Assembly (NCBI GenBank): GCA_000934665.2
Contig: JYFJ02002922.1
Coordinates: forward strand, 1 to 48,749
Reading direction: 5' to 3'
Length of the DNA: 48,749 nucleotides
From: Catajapyx aquilonaris
Taxonomy: Eukaryota
Below are positions 1 through 12,386 of the stretch, piece by piece. The first letter of the stretch is position 1. Each line of letters begins with the position of its first letter. The translations under genes were made by a program, and so were the position numbers. The notes below the pieces were generated by a model. The model saw only the letters and a program-made list of their open reading frames with translations, was not told the origin of the DNA and did not search any database.

Positions 1-400
1 GGTTGGCCCCTCTACCGAGAGGATTGCGAGGAGGAGGAGGTATCGGCGGCGCCGTCGTGTGCTTCGACTCTGACGGGACGGAGCGTTACAAGGAGGGGAT
101 CTCCTTTTCGGACAATACGTCGATCTTTCAGGCGGAGCTGGGGGTCTATCGTGAGGGGCCAGGAGTGGCTGGAGGAATCGGGCGGATGGACCACGGCCCG
201 CTTTGGGCTCTTGCGAGAGAAGTGGGTGTGCGGCGGTGCCTGCCCATGCGGCCGTGGACTGCAGAACGCATCGCACCTCCTTTTCGATTGCTATTTGGAG
301 CATTGGAGGAGGTGAGACGGGGCACGGAGTCCCCTCTTTTTGGCGACCATTGGAGCTGGCGGGGGCTGGCCTCCCCGCCTTGGCGTCTTGCTGGTACGGG
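1..400 (+). mobile_element. Decayed non-LTR retrotransposon fragment (RNase H-like region)
   Basis: Translation GIGGAVVCFDSDGTERYKEGISFSDNTSIFQAEL resembles the RNase HI segment (G.G...SVFQAEL) of R1/I/LOA-type LINEs; DHGP and Cys/His remnants follow in shifted frames. Confidence 0.5.
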
Positions 401-401
401 A

Positions 402-1489
402 CAGGGTTGGGAACCGAGCCGAACCCTTGCTCCGTGAACCCGATAACATCGAACCCGCTCCGGAGCAGTAGAGTCGGAGTCCGGAGCGAGCGTCGGAACG
501 GCGTACGGGTTCTAGCCGGTTCAGGGGAAGAGTGGAGCGAAGGTCGGAGCGGGTTCGGAGCGAACGCCTCCGGAGTTTAACCCGGTTCAGGAGCGGGTTC
601 AGGAGCGAGTTCGGAGCGGTTCAAAGCTTGGTTAGGTACAACATACCAACCCAACAGGGGGAAAGGCAGTAAAACCGATGGATTTACTCCAGCGTATGCA
701 TCATGTTTTCATGGTGGGAGAATGACATTTCCAAGCACCCGCGATACATGGTGTACGGCAAATGTCACATTCTCATGTCATATGCATTATTTTGTTGTAT
801 GTCACAATATCTCGTACCCATTTTTTGGATGTCACATTTTCATGTCATAGGCCTACGTATTTTTTGTATATTACAATATCATATTATTGTAACATACATA
901 AAATGCATGTGACATGAGAATGTGACATCCAATAAATGCGTATGACATTGTAGCACGCAAAAATGCGTATGACACGAGAATGTGACATCCAATAAATGCG
1001 TATGACATTGTAGCACGCAAAAATGCGTATGACACGAGAATGTCACATCCAATAAATGGGTATGAGATGTCGTGGCATACAAAAATGCGTATGACATAAT
1101 TATGATAATGTGACATTTGCGGTACACCCTGTATCGCGGGTGCTTGGAAATGTCATTCTCCCACCATGAAAACATGATGCATATATATATGCATCATGTT
1201 TTCATGGTGTCTGGGGTAAATACATCGGTTTTACTGCCTTTCCCCCTGTTGGGTTGGTATGTTGTACCTAACCAAGCTTTGAACCGCTCCGAACCCGCTC
1301 CTGAACCGCGTTAAACTCCGGAGCCGTTCGCTCCGGACACGCTCCGACCTTGGCTCCACTCTCCTCCGGAACCGGCTTTAACCCGTACCCCGTTCCGACG
1401 CTCGCTCCGGACTCCGACTCTACTGCTCCGGAGCGGGTTCGATGTTATCGGGTTCACGGAGCAAGGGTTCGGTTCGGTTCACAACCCTG
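402..1489. mobile_element. Fold-back MITE with ~290-bp arms (hAT-like CAGGG...CCCTG ends) containing a nested palindromic element
   Basis: 402-692 is the reverse complement of 1211-1489; many GAACC/GGTTC subterminal motifs; no TSD recognised. Confidence 0.8.
695..1183. mobile_element. Inner palindromic element (TA-TGCATC...GATGCA-TA) with internal 60-bp tandem repeat
   Basis: tatgcatcatgttttcatggtgggagaatgacatttcc... is mirrored at ~1080-1183; ~3 copies of a 60-bp unit at ~901-1095; a partial extra terminus at 1188-1209. Confidence 0.75.
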
Positions 1490-1664
1490 CCTGGAATAAA
1501 TCCCCCGTGATTCGCCCACTCCTGTTTCATCCTGACCTGTTATGCAACCGTGACCTCGTAGTGCGTGTAGCATCACCGGGAGGCGCAGGATGGATGAGCA
1601 AAGTGGGAAATCCCTTTAATACGAGATCATCTGAAGATCATGGTCAAGGCCACGGTCATATAAG

Positions 1665-2012
1665 TAAGGTCTGGTCACTCCCACCCACCCCCTGCCGACA
1701 TGTTTTGCAGAAGTTGCTCACCTGAGAGCGCCATGAGACATTTCGGAGGCCAGGATAAGTGGCGACCCTACCGGACTAGGCTGAACTTATAGGTACGAAA
1801 GGGGAGGGCTACACGCTGGCCCAACATGGCCGCCAACGGCGGCCATGTTGGGCCTTTCGTACCTATAAGTTCAGCCTAGTCCGGTAGGGTCGCCACTTAT
1901 CCTGGCCTCCGAAATGTCTCATGGCGCTCTCAGGTGAGCACCCGCTGCAAAATGCCTCGGCAGGTGATAACGCCAGAACGTAGTATAAGTGTCCGTGGGC
2001 TGGTCAAGGCTA
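1665..2012. mobile_element. Palindromic non-autonomous element, family P1 copy 1
   Basis: Near-perfect hairpin 1715-1940 with asymmetric flanks homologous to 5950-6300 in the opposite orientation. Confidence 0.75.
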
Positions 2013-4634
2013 TAGACGAGATTTCCCCATCAACTGTGAATGACCTACTAGACGAAAAGGAAAGTGGCCATTACATGAATATTTCAGGTGCTCTCTTTCT
2101 ATCCAAGTCTACAATTGTCACAAAATCCTGGCCTAAATGCCATAAAAGATGCGTGATGTCTATATCCAGTCAAGCATTGCAGAAGTTAGTACCTTGTAGA
2201 CATTAAATTCTTGGCTACCGGTACTTGGAGTGTACCTTTGAGCCAATGTTTTATGTGGGAGAAAAGGGAACGCATTCGCAATATGGAATATACCGGTACT
2301 AGCAGTAGAGCCCGTTCTTCGCGCAGGTTTTTTCCATGATTGTACGATTGGTATTACATTCTGTTTCCATGATGGTAACCCGTTGCTATGGTAGCTAACA
2401 CAATTACCATTGGGAGGGGGAGGTAGAGGGGAGGGGGCGGTAGTGGGAGAGGGAAATGGGACAAACCGACATTACCTTATACGTATACAGTATACTGTAT
2501 ACAGGGTGTGCACAATGAACCTCTCTAGTTGCAACTTGCTACTATTTCGCAAGTTACTGGACCATGGTGTCGAAATTGTACAAACGAGAAGGGACACTCA
2601 TCACGTTTATGTAAAAAAAATCAGTAGCCTTCCAAGTGTGCTCCTTAAGTAGCAAGCACAATTTTACGCCGATTATCTCCCTCCCCCGAGGTCCTCTCCA
2701 GCATGTCAGGGGGTGATGGAGGACGTAGCCTAATTATTTGGGCTGACCACTTCAGTTGCATAGACTCTGTCTTAGACTTGTGGAAAGGCGACATGTCCAG
2801 CATGTCCAGCACTTCTGCGATCGGCTAACCACCACACAACTTGCGTTTCTCGTCCCTCAGTATATATCTTGCTCTGTATAGACTATGCTGTTTGCAAATT
2901 CCGACAGCATCCTCACAGGAGCATCACAGAGGCCGTTCCAAAAATTCAGGATGAACTTTGTTGAGTCTCCAGACAGTTTAAACAACCAAAACATTAATAC
3001 CTCTGCATTTATATTTTTTACTGCTCTTTGAAACTAGAGAGGTTAATTGTGGACACCGGTGGACACCCTGCGTACATAAAGATTACTCCGTTTAAAAAGT
3101 ACTGTTTGGTCAAATATTTTAGACTTTATCCCCATCTTCCTGCACCGACAGAGAACGCATAGTTTTAGATGCGTTACATGCAAACCGTCAACAGTAGACT
3201 ACTGTAGAACATGCTACGTATAATTATAATAAATAATCTTGGTAATAACTTATAGCTGCCAAGACTAATTAATGACACCCTAAATAAAGTTATTATATCT
3301 GTACATATGAATTCAACCTAGACATTTGTGGATATTATTATTACTCAGCACCTTTTATAGAATTCCACTCCAAACTTGCAGATGCGTTCCCAGTGAGTCA
3401 TTCAGTTACGAAATACGCTGTACACCAACTTAGTATTGGCAGAGAGGTATGCTCAGATCTGTATCTGTAAATTTTGCGGACTTTGTTCCTGTTGCCTCAC
3501 TTTCCATTTTCAAACATGGCATAGAGATATAGGTGATGAAAGCTTATAAAGCATTCCTGAGTATGTTAACCCTACCCCACAGCCCAACCGAAAGGCGATA
3601 AGTTCAGACGATACCTGGCTCGGAAATACACGGTCTTGGGATATGTCAGGCATGTCACACATGGTGCCAGAAAGACAAGACATGAACTCTTCTTTTTCAT
3701 GCTCATCGTAAAACCATCAATTTTTATTATTATCGTGGTGGGCGGCATTACGTCAGGACTGCCTTATGAGCTCGCACAAGGCTGCAAACATTCTATTTGA
3801 AACCCATTATTGGGTTTTCCAATCAGGAAATGTCCCGTCACCAATAAGGATGCGTCTTTGATCTTCAAGTGTGAGACGCGAATTTTCACAAATGTGAATT
3901 ATGGTACAGTACACATACACGGGAGAGAAAGATTTAATGGGCATTCTAATGGGAGCAGAACATTCTGCACAACTAAATGTAAGTTTATGCCGTGGTTCCC
4001 GAAAGTTATCATAGAGGTACTGTGCATTGAAAATCTCAGAAAATCTCATGAATATGAGTACTTGTATCTCTTTCCACATCATTAAACATTGTATCCGGCA
4101 TGTCAGCAAGGGGCGCCTGGAGACTGTGATGTATCTGCATGTTAGGCTCAATCCCTGAAAACCCCCATTGGGCAAAAAAACGGCCAGACCTAGATCTGGT
4201 CGTTTTAAAACAGCCACAGCTAGTTCTGGTCGTTCCTGCTTATCAATATACCTATGGATATGGAGGTGATGGGATGATGGATGGAGCCCTTTGTGTTGGT
4301 GTGGCTTTGAGGTTTTGAGGTGACCGCACCAGGTATATCCTTTGCTGTGGCCCTGCCATATACGATCCGTCGTATTGCACGATGATTTTAATTAGTTTCG
4401 AGCCAAGCCAGCTGAGCGCTTATTATGGATTGTTTATCCGCCCAACAATACCGTCCTTGTTTGTGCGCCGCAGGCCAACGAACGTTATTGTGGCTTAGCC
4501 AATCGCCTATTGCTGGAATGTGCTTGGAAAATCCACAATAACATTTGTTGGTCTGGTGCACAAGACAACCAGTATTGTTGGACAGATACACAAACCACAA
4601 TAATCGTGGCATTGTTCTCAAACTCTGAAGTAAA

Positions 4635-4828
4635 CTAGTGCGGATAGAGTGAACCCGGAAAACCGGAAGCGGCGGGTCACCGGAAGTTGGCCATAACACC
4701 TATTTAGGTCACGTTTAATCCGAATCCGAAAACCGTTTGCCGCTATCTGTTGCGGTTGAGGCCCTTATACCTGTCCACAGACAGACAGACAGCCGTTCTA
4801 TAAGACTTTTTTCGGTGATGATAAAAAG
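4635..4828 (-). mobile_element. Helentron-associated (HINE/DINE-1-like) element fragment
   Basis: Reverse complement aligns to 11715-11910; 5' short stem-loop followed by a (GTCT)n/(GTCC)n microsatellite, a hallmark of DINE-1/HINEs. Confidence 0.55.
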
Positions 4829-5029
4829 TGACCAGGACCTTAACCCTAATAAGACGGGCGGTTTTTTCGTGTTTTTGCAAGAATCTGCAAAGAAATCGCT
4901 TGCGTTGCCATTTGAGGGACCACACGAGACTAAATCTAGTGAGTATAACTTGGTGCAGTGTCTAGGCTTGATCCTGAGGCCATTTATGGGACCCTCTTGC
5001 CATACCATGCGGAGATTTAAATTCTTAAA
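4829..5029 (+). repeat. 201-bp direct repeat copy 1 (begins near TTAA-CCC, piggyBac-like terminus)
   Basis: Matches 6309-6509 with two mismatches that I can see. Confidence 0.85.
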
Positions 5030-5588
5030 GGCATCAAGCGGATGCACTATTGAGCGTGCCGGATATGACGTCACTCATATCTCGAAAATGGCTGCGCAGT
5101 AGGCTACATGTTTTTACGTTCACCAGTGAATTCTACGCATGTTACCCACTGAGCGATTTTTGTCCAAATCCGTAGTGCCCCGTTAAGGATTTCCTTGTGA
5201 GTGAATTTGTGTTGCAAGCAGCATCAAAAAGCCACATTTCGATTTAAGAACCGTCAGGAATAACTATATCATACGACAGGAAGATTTTGTGGACCATTCC
5301 CATTAATTTGATAAGAAAAAAACGTCACTGAGCGAACACCAGCCAATGTAGTATTGATTTTTTCGTGCTAGGCGACAAGGCGCTATTAAGGTTATATGCT
5401 GAAACACGAGTCGTAAAGAAAATTCGCAAATGCCTGAAATTTCTCTACTATAGCGTTGTTATGAATATAACGTCTTGTTCCAATTGGATTGCTAGAGATT
5501 TTTGCACAAGCTGTACTTTGCATCAGCAGGTCATCAAAATATTACCTGCTAATCATAAGTGCAATGGGTACGTCCTTTAAACTTACAC

Positions 5589-5646
5589 CAACAACAACAA
5601 CAACAACAACAGCAGCAGCAGCAGCAGCAGCAACAACAACAACAGC
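5589..5646 (+). repeat. (AAC)n/(AGC)n compound microsatellite
   Basis: Directly visible. Confidence 0.9.
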
Positions 5647-5949
5647 ATGATAATCCAACTGGGCCCTTTTGAGAGATCATTTATTGGCAAGACTTTAAGC
5701 ATCATTCACTGTGCTGTGATGGATAATGATAGTGAGATGAAATGGAAGAGCACGCTGGCAAAATCGTCGCGAACACGGAGAGAACCAATCGAAACTCTTT
5801 TCTTGTCAGAAAGTCCTATGTCCGATTAAGCGATCGCCAGACCTCATGTGGAAGGCTGGGACGATAACCATGACCCACTTGTAAACTAATTCAGGAAGAT
5901 CAAATATGTTCAACCTTATGTGCCCGACAGTCAAAAAAGTCATTAGAAA

Positions 5950-6300
5950 TACCTTAACCAGCCCCCGGACACTACCTCTACGTTCTGATCTTATCGCCTG
6001 CCGGGGCGTTTTGCAGGAGGTGCTCACCTGAGAGCGCTATGAGACCTTTCACTGCACTGTTATGTGGCGACCCTACCGGACTACGCTGAACTTTATAGGT
6101 ACAAAAGGGATTCGCTACATTGGGGGACCCAATGGTCGCCGGCGGCCATGTTGGGCCCACATGTAGCGCTTCCCTTTTGTACCTATAAAGTTCAAAGTAG
6201 TCCGGTAGGGTCACCACATAACAGTGCAGTGAAAGGTCTCATGGCTCTCTCAGGTGAGCACCTCATGCAAAACGCCCAGGATGGGAGTGTCCAGACCTTA
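5950..6300. mobile_element. Palindromic non-autonomous element, family P1 copy 2 (inverted relative to copy 1)
   Basis: Hairpin ~6006-6278 sharing gctcacctgagagcg...gcgaccctaccggacta...ggcggccatgttgggcc with copy 1; both flanks are also shared. Confidence 0.75.
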
Positions 6301-6308
6301 TTATTCTA

Positions 6309-6509
6309 TGACCATGACCTTAACCCTAATAAGACGGGCGGTTTTTTCGTGTTTTTGCAAGAATCTGCAAAGAAATCGCTTGCGTTGCCATTTGAGGGAC
6401 CACACGAGACTAAATCTAGTGAGTATAACATGGTGCAGTGTCTAGGCTTGATCCTGAGGCCATTTATGGGACCCTCTTGCCATACCATGCGGAGATTTAA
6501 ATTCTTAAA
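6309..6509 (+). repeat. 201-bp direct repeat copy 2
   Basis: See copy 1; offset 1480 bp. Confidence 0.85.
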
Positions 6510-9435
6510 AGTCTCAACAGATGCCGCAGGGGTGCAATACGTATTTTTTTCTACAATATTTTGTCACTCCTGCACTGACAAGAAGTAGGCCTATATGTGT
6601 ATGTCGCCCTGGCGCTGCTGAACATGCAGACCACTGAGACCAGTATGCATGAATAATACGTCACAGACCAGGCATCCGAGCTACAAAGACAAACATACAC
6701 CCCCACCCGAGTGGAAACCTCCCTCGCTCCACAGCTGTTCAAAAGCCCCGCCGGGCATGCGCCCCTCCATCTTGCCGAAGGCCGGGTGGGAGTTGCGCAG
6801 TGGCCCGCCAGCCGCTAATTGGCATTTACGAATATTATTTATTTATTTTAAAACGATTGAATTATCTTTTGCACTAATTTTAGTGTGGAATCTCTTGAGG
6901 AGGTTTGGGGGCAACTCCGTATGCCAAAATTTGCCGGCCAACATCATAATTTTTGGGAGGGGGGAGTTTTTAATCCATCGGCCGCAAAAAGATGATGTCA
7001 TTCAAGTTAATCTGGTTACTCTGGTTTATTTATGCAAGATTTTGTAGTACAAAATTCGCGGTTTATTACGTGAGAGAAGATTTTTTTAAAGCCACAGATA
7101 CCACGTTACATAGTGAGAAAACGCTATATATAGTTTCGCCAGCAGAATTTTTTCAAGTTGTCATGGGCAACTTGAAAATTTCTGCTGGCCGGAGGGCTAT
7201 GAAAGAAGTTGAAAAAACAATAACAAATTTACGGTACAACATTACACTTCGGGAGAACTTATTTTGAACATGTACCCTGGTATATTACTTTGAGAGAAAA
7301 AAATCCTTATTAGTTTTGGGGAAATTCCTCTGCTGCCCCCGAGAAACAACACTGTTAACCAGGACTCAGTCAGGACTATCAGCACAGTAAGGAGGTCGAT
7401 TATGTCAATAAAAATACATACAGTTGATTAGGGATATGGCATACTTCAAGGGACCGCGGGAAAAAGTATGTTATAACCGAGGTCTGTTATAGCCAAATGG
7501 CCTCTTTTGCAACGATGCTCCCTTTTTATAACTTCAAGAACTTTGACGTATCAGATCCAGCAACTGTCTGTCAGATTTAATACATACTTAATTTCGCATA
7601 ATGGCTGCTGCACACCCTTATTCGGGCCACATCAAGTCTTGCTCATGTGACATGTTCGGAGCCATCACCCTGTGACCACAGACATTTACAGTCCCTCTGA
7701 CTTAGCTCACTATACAGTAAATGCAGGTTTTACAAACTTCTTTCATTTATCTATCCCAATGCGAAGAATGGGTCCCCTGCTAGTGTAGGCCTATCTACTC
7801 GAATATGATCCTGACATCTCCGTCATCCTGTGTAGCTCACCTTATGTCCTTATAGCTGTGTATGAAATTCCCTACTAGGTGTCTCATTTACGTCAGGCAT
7901 TGACAAATATTAATTCAATTAATTTAATAGACTACGCAACAAAATAATGAACTAGTTTGGAATAAATATTGTGCAAGTAGTCTACTATTAATCCATTATA
8001 ATTATAAATAGGTGCTACTTAAACGAGATGTTAAAAGGAGCAACAGTGATGTAAATAATGACCAATGACATCTTATTAGCCAAACGGGCGCTGACTTCGC
8101 TTGTATGTAAGCACGCAACGCACGCCCGTCAAACCGGATTACACGCAAGTGGATACTGTGGAGTATACACTATACAGTTCTACCTCCCTCCCTCCCTTCC
8201 TCCACCCTCTCTCAGGTTTTAACTTCCTTGCAGCAACTTACAAAATGCATTGCGCCAGTAAGCTCTCCATTCAAGATTCTACGCAGTGCTCCCTTTGAGT
8301 GCTTACAGAGATGCCGTCGTGTGATAATTTATGTCAGGCGCACTATCAACTTTGTATTTTTTTATAACGCTAATGTGATTACGGGGGGAATATTAACCTA
8401 TTTCAAAGAGAAGCTGCTTGAATTGATTCAAAACTGGAAGCCCCGATTTTATCTGCTGGGTAATATTGTCGCTGTTTTGGCTCATTACACATTCTGCATG
8501 TGCCCTCTGATGTGCATTTTTTGGAGCTGATTTGCATCGCTTCTGACTTTTGTCAAAGGCCTTCATCTCAATGGAGATATATGCCATGTTGAAGGCGCCG
8601 AGTGCAGAAAATTGTTTTTCAAACGTTCTAATGTAATAATTGCAACTACTTGTGTAAATCCCTGTTATGTGCACTAAATGAAATTGCCATATATCTATTC
8701 AAATGCTTAGGTCTATACAGATGTACTCCTCACACATAATGAATCTGGTTTTAATGACTTACAAACCTGAAAAACTCTTAATTGACAATATTATGAGCTC
8801 ACAAGGGTTCACAGATCTTGGTAATGCCATGGCAAGAGTGGGAATTCAAAATTACCGCATCATGCGGAGATAGAGTGCGAGAAGAATCACGTACAAATTA
8901 GAATAAAAGTATTTCTAACCGTAGGGTTCTCCAAAATTAGATGAAGATATGGATCAATAGACCATCCCGCACTGACTTCATTTGGAGAGCGATTTTGACA
9001 TCAGATGTGGACCCATGGTCCGCTCACTGATTTAATCGGAGTTGGGATGTGAAGGAACCATGGCGAAGAGTATCGACTGGCGTTTTCCTGAGAGAGCAGA
9101 GGAGTAAAAGATATAAAGCAGTCGTATATTGACTTTAAAAAATTCGCTTCAGAAAAATTGAATATATTAATATTATTTTAATTACATATTCAGGTGTGGA
9201 TGAAATAAATGCTAAATATTGTCATTTTGATGAGAAATGACTGGAAAATTGGCCTACACAAAATTTTGAGCATATTACGGCAAAAGTACTAATCAAATGA
9301 AGCAATTCAGATATGAATCCAATGGCACTCAATTACCTGGCAGCAGAGCAGTCGAAGAGAAGAGTGAACACACAGAGAAGCAGCCAGAATCTGGATGCAG
9401 CTATCATCTACAGCTGGGTCCACACTGCGCAGGAG

Positions 9436-9439
9436 TCTC

Positions 9440-9470
<31 letters not shown>
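9436..9470 (+). repeat. (CT)n microsatellite
   Basis: Directly visible. Confidence 0.9.
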
Positions 9471-9994
9471 CCCATCCACATCCTCCCCCTTTCCCACCCC
9501 CTCTCTCTACTGCTGGCTTGGAGCTCTACTGGTCGGAGCGCCCTACCCCACACCCGTATTTCATAAAGTACGTAAACCCCGGTGGACCATATTGGACCTA
9601 CCATCCGTTTTGGTTGCCTCAACTCCAATATCAGGAGAAAGCCACCTCAGCAAACCAGTCCACAGTTGGGATGAAAACCCAGTCAAAAGCAGATTGCATG
9701 ATACCAAGCAGTGGAAATGAATAGACTAATTGGTGTTTTGTACGGGTGAGCTGGTGCGCGTTTTGACCACATGCAATACGAAGAAGGAGTGCTGTCCTTC
9801 CTGGTACTGGGTGCGCGCGCACTTCTCTGTTGACAATCGTCAAAAACCCAGCATTTGGATGTAGGCTGTCACATCTCTCTCAGGATAGTCACTTTCATCT
9901 CTTGTCATGCTGCGTGTTTGTGGCCAAAATATTGCTGCGTCTGACGCTGGGAACAGTAACTACAAGCAGAATCAGTTGTGTCTGGCTAACAAGT

Positions 9995-10036
<42 letters not shown>

Positions 10037-10040
10037 AATA
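9995..10040 (+). repeat. (AAC)n(AAT)n microsatellite
   Basis: Directly visible. Confidence 0.9.
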
Positions 10041-11494
10041 GCCCAGTTTTAGTCATTTCAACTGACACAGTCCACGTATGTTAGTGTAAGCTTGTTGCGT
10101 GTTATGCTTGTCAGATGGCGATAGAATGGTAAGCCCCTGAATTCGCTTGCGGCTGAGACAAGCCACAAAAATGTGTTAGCTTATGCCCCTTTTTACTGTA
10201 TATGAAATGTTAGTGAACGGCGTACACACTGACATCAATCTTTTTGCTGCTGTTATAGCTAAACACCCATATAGGCCTGCTGCTATGGCGACTAATATGA
10301 GTAATTTGCATGAGGGTCGCTCTTGGGCGAGTCTATTTTCAGCAACTGCATTTGGTAGCTGGTAGCAGCCTAAAATGACAACTAGAGTCCATATAAACAT
10401 AACGAAACAGACTTTCACATTGATGTAGTGCAACAAAAGAAATGTGCTGAAATTTTGCTTTAGAAGTTCAATGATTGAAAATGGTCAAGATTACTCACAC
10501 ATTAGACGCTTCCGGCCTCTGGCTACCACATGCGAGTATTAATTTTCTTACAGTTAGTTTGCAATTGAAATTTTTTTTAAACCAGTTGAGGAGTATCTGT
10601 AAATCATTGTCTTACACGTCTTGATATTCCCAGGAGCTGCAACTGTCAAAAATAATGATACCTTATTATTCCCAATGTCAGTACAGTAGGCATATATCTC
10701 TAGGACAGTCTAAATGACCTCATCTATATAATAAATTACCGGAGATCGGGAGTCTCTGCGAGATATCATTGGGGGTGGCAGTCACAATCACAAGCACAAT
10801 CATGATCTAAATTAATCATACAATGATTTATTTAGTTGTAGCTATTTTTGCTCGGAAAATGCTTAGATTATTATATTCTTGAATTAATCCATCACAGTAC
10901 TCTGAGGCTATTATGTATGACTAGAAGCGATGCCAATGTTTGAATATATTAAGCTGGCTAGGTCGTGATCGATCACAACTGGCTGCGGGTTTTTTTTTTT
11001 TAAAATTCCCATGCTAACACGCGTTCCCAAATGAAAGCAGAAAATTATCTATTTTATTCCCTCTCCAGAGAAGGCACCGAAGCGGCAAAAACCATATCCA
11101 CTGAGAAGAAACTATATGTATTCCTTAAATTGCAAATTGGATTTAAAAGGCACAATACTGTGTCTTCTCAGCATATGGTTCGTGTCTTCTCAGTGCTTTT
11201 TTCGGAAAAAGCACAAAACAACTGAAGACATGAAATAATACAGAACGATCATACACTCTAGAATAATATATGCATATCGCATATTTTAATATGTGATAGT
11301 TTGAAGATTGCGTTATCCCTCATGAGGTCCAATTTTCACACATGCTATAAGGTGCTGTAACTAATATGTCAGTAAATCAGAACTATACAGGGTGTTCATG
11401 AAAAACACCGACAAACTGATGCCAGTAGCCAATGGTAACGTGAGGGTCATTTTATGTAGAGGCGTCATTATGTCCACACCGCCTCATTACTGAC

Positions 11495-12386
11495 AAGGGA
11501 AGGTCACGGGGTGATAATGACGGATCTTGATGAAATTGGACATGCTAATACAGGACAATATATGATACCCAAAAATGAAATATTTCGTGCTGACGTCCAT
11601 ATTTGCAAAAGTTATGACGTCTTAAAGTTCCAAAAATAATACATTTTCATACTCCATGGGGAGCGACCACATATAATGACATTGAAGTGTGTAATCAGTT
11701 TCTAGACCTTTTCTCGTCGGAAAAAAGTCATACAGAACTGCTCTGGCCGTCCGTCCGTCCGTCTGTGGACAGGTATAAAGGCCTAAACCGTAAGAGATAT
11801 CGACAAACGGTTTTCATATTCGGATTGAGAGTGACCAAAATAGGTTTCATGGTCAACTTCTGGTGACCCGCCACTTCCGGTCTTCCGGGTTCACTCTATC
11901 CGCACAAGTCTATACTTTACGGGCGGGTTATCGTTGGATTTCGAAGTTAGTTTCCGTGTATTCCTGACCGTGTTTTTTGGGGATTTGCTCCGGGTTTTAC
12001 CTGACTCTCTGGCACAGGGGCTGTGGAATTTATTCCTGACGTTGGACATGTTTGCAATGAGCGTCATCGGCCGCCATGATGTTATCGCCCAAGCCGATAC
12101 TGGAATCGATATGTTGTCTAGGTTACGATATATCGATTCACATGCTCCCTGAAAGAATGAGAAAAGGTCTAGAAACTGATTACACACTTCAAAGTCATTA
12201 TATGTGGTCGCTTATGTAATCCCGTGGAGTATGAAAATGCATTATTTTTGGAACTTTAAGACGTCATAACTTTTGCAAATATGGACGTCAGCACGAAATA
12301 TTTCATATTTGGGCATCATATATTGTCCTGTATTAGCATGTCCAATTTCATCAAGATCCGTCATTATCACCCCGTGACCTTCCCTT
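11495..12386. mobile_element. Long-arm palindromic MITE (AGGGAAGG...CCTTCCCT, possibly Kolobok-like)
   Basis: 11495-11715 is the reverse complement of ~12158-12386 at high identity; superfamily assignment is tentative (TTAA not intact). Confidence 0.75.
11701..12172 (+). mobile_element. HINE/DINE-1-like element at the centre of the palindrome
   Basis: Possible subterminal inverted repeats TCTAGACCTTTTCTC / GAGAAAAGGTCTAGA, 5' stem-loop, (GTCC)n microsatellite, homology to 4635-4828. Confidence 0.55.

Noticed and set aside
901..1095. Regular repeats that might look like a CRISPR array
   Set aside because: 60-bp tandem units without unique spacers, inside a MITE, in eukaryotic DNA with no cas genes.
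3350..4220. Minus-strand 136-aa ORF (3807-4217) and downstream stop-riddled frame, possibly decayed coding sequence
   Set aside because: No domain I can recognise; cannot assign without a profile search.
5030..5576. Possible Kolobok-like element bounded by TTAA-AGG...CCT-TTAA
   Set aside because: Terminal inverted similarity is too short and weak to support.
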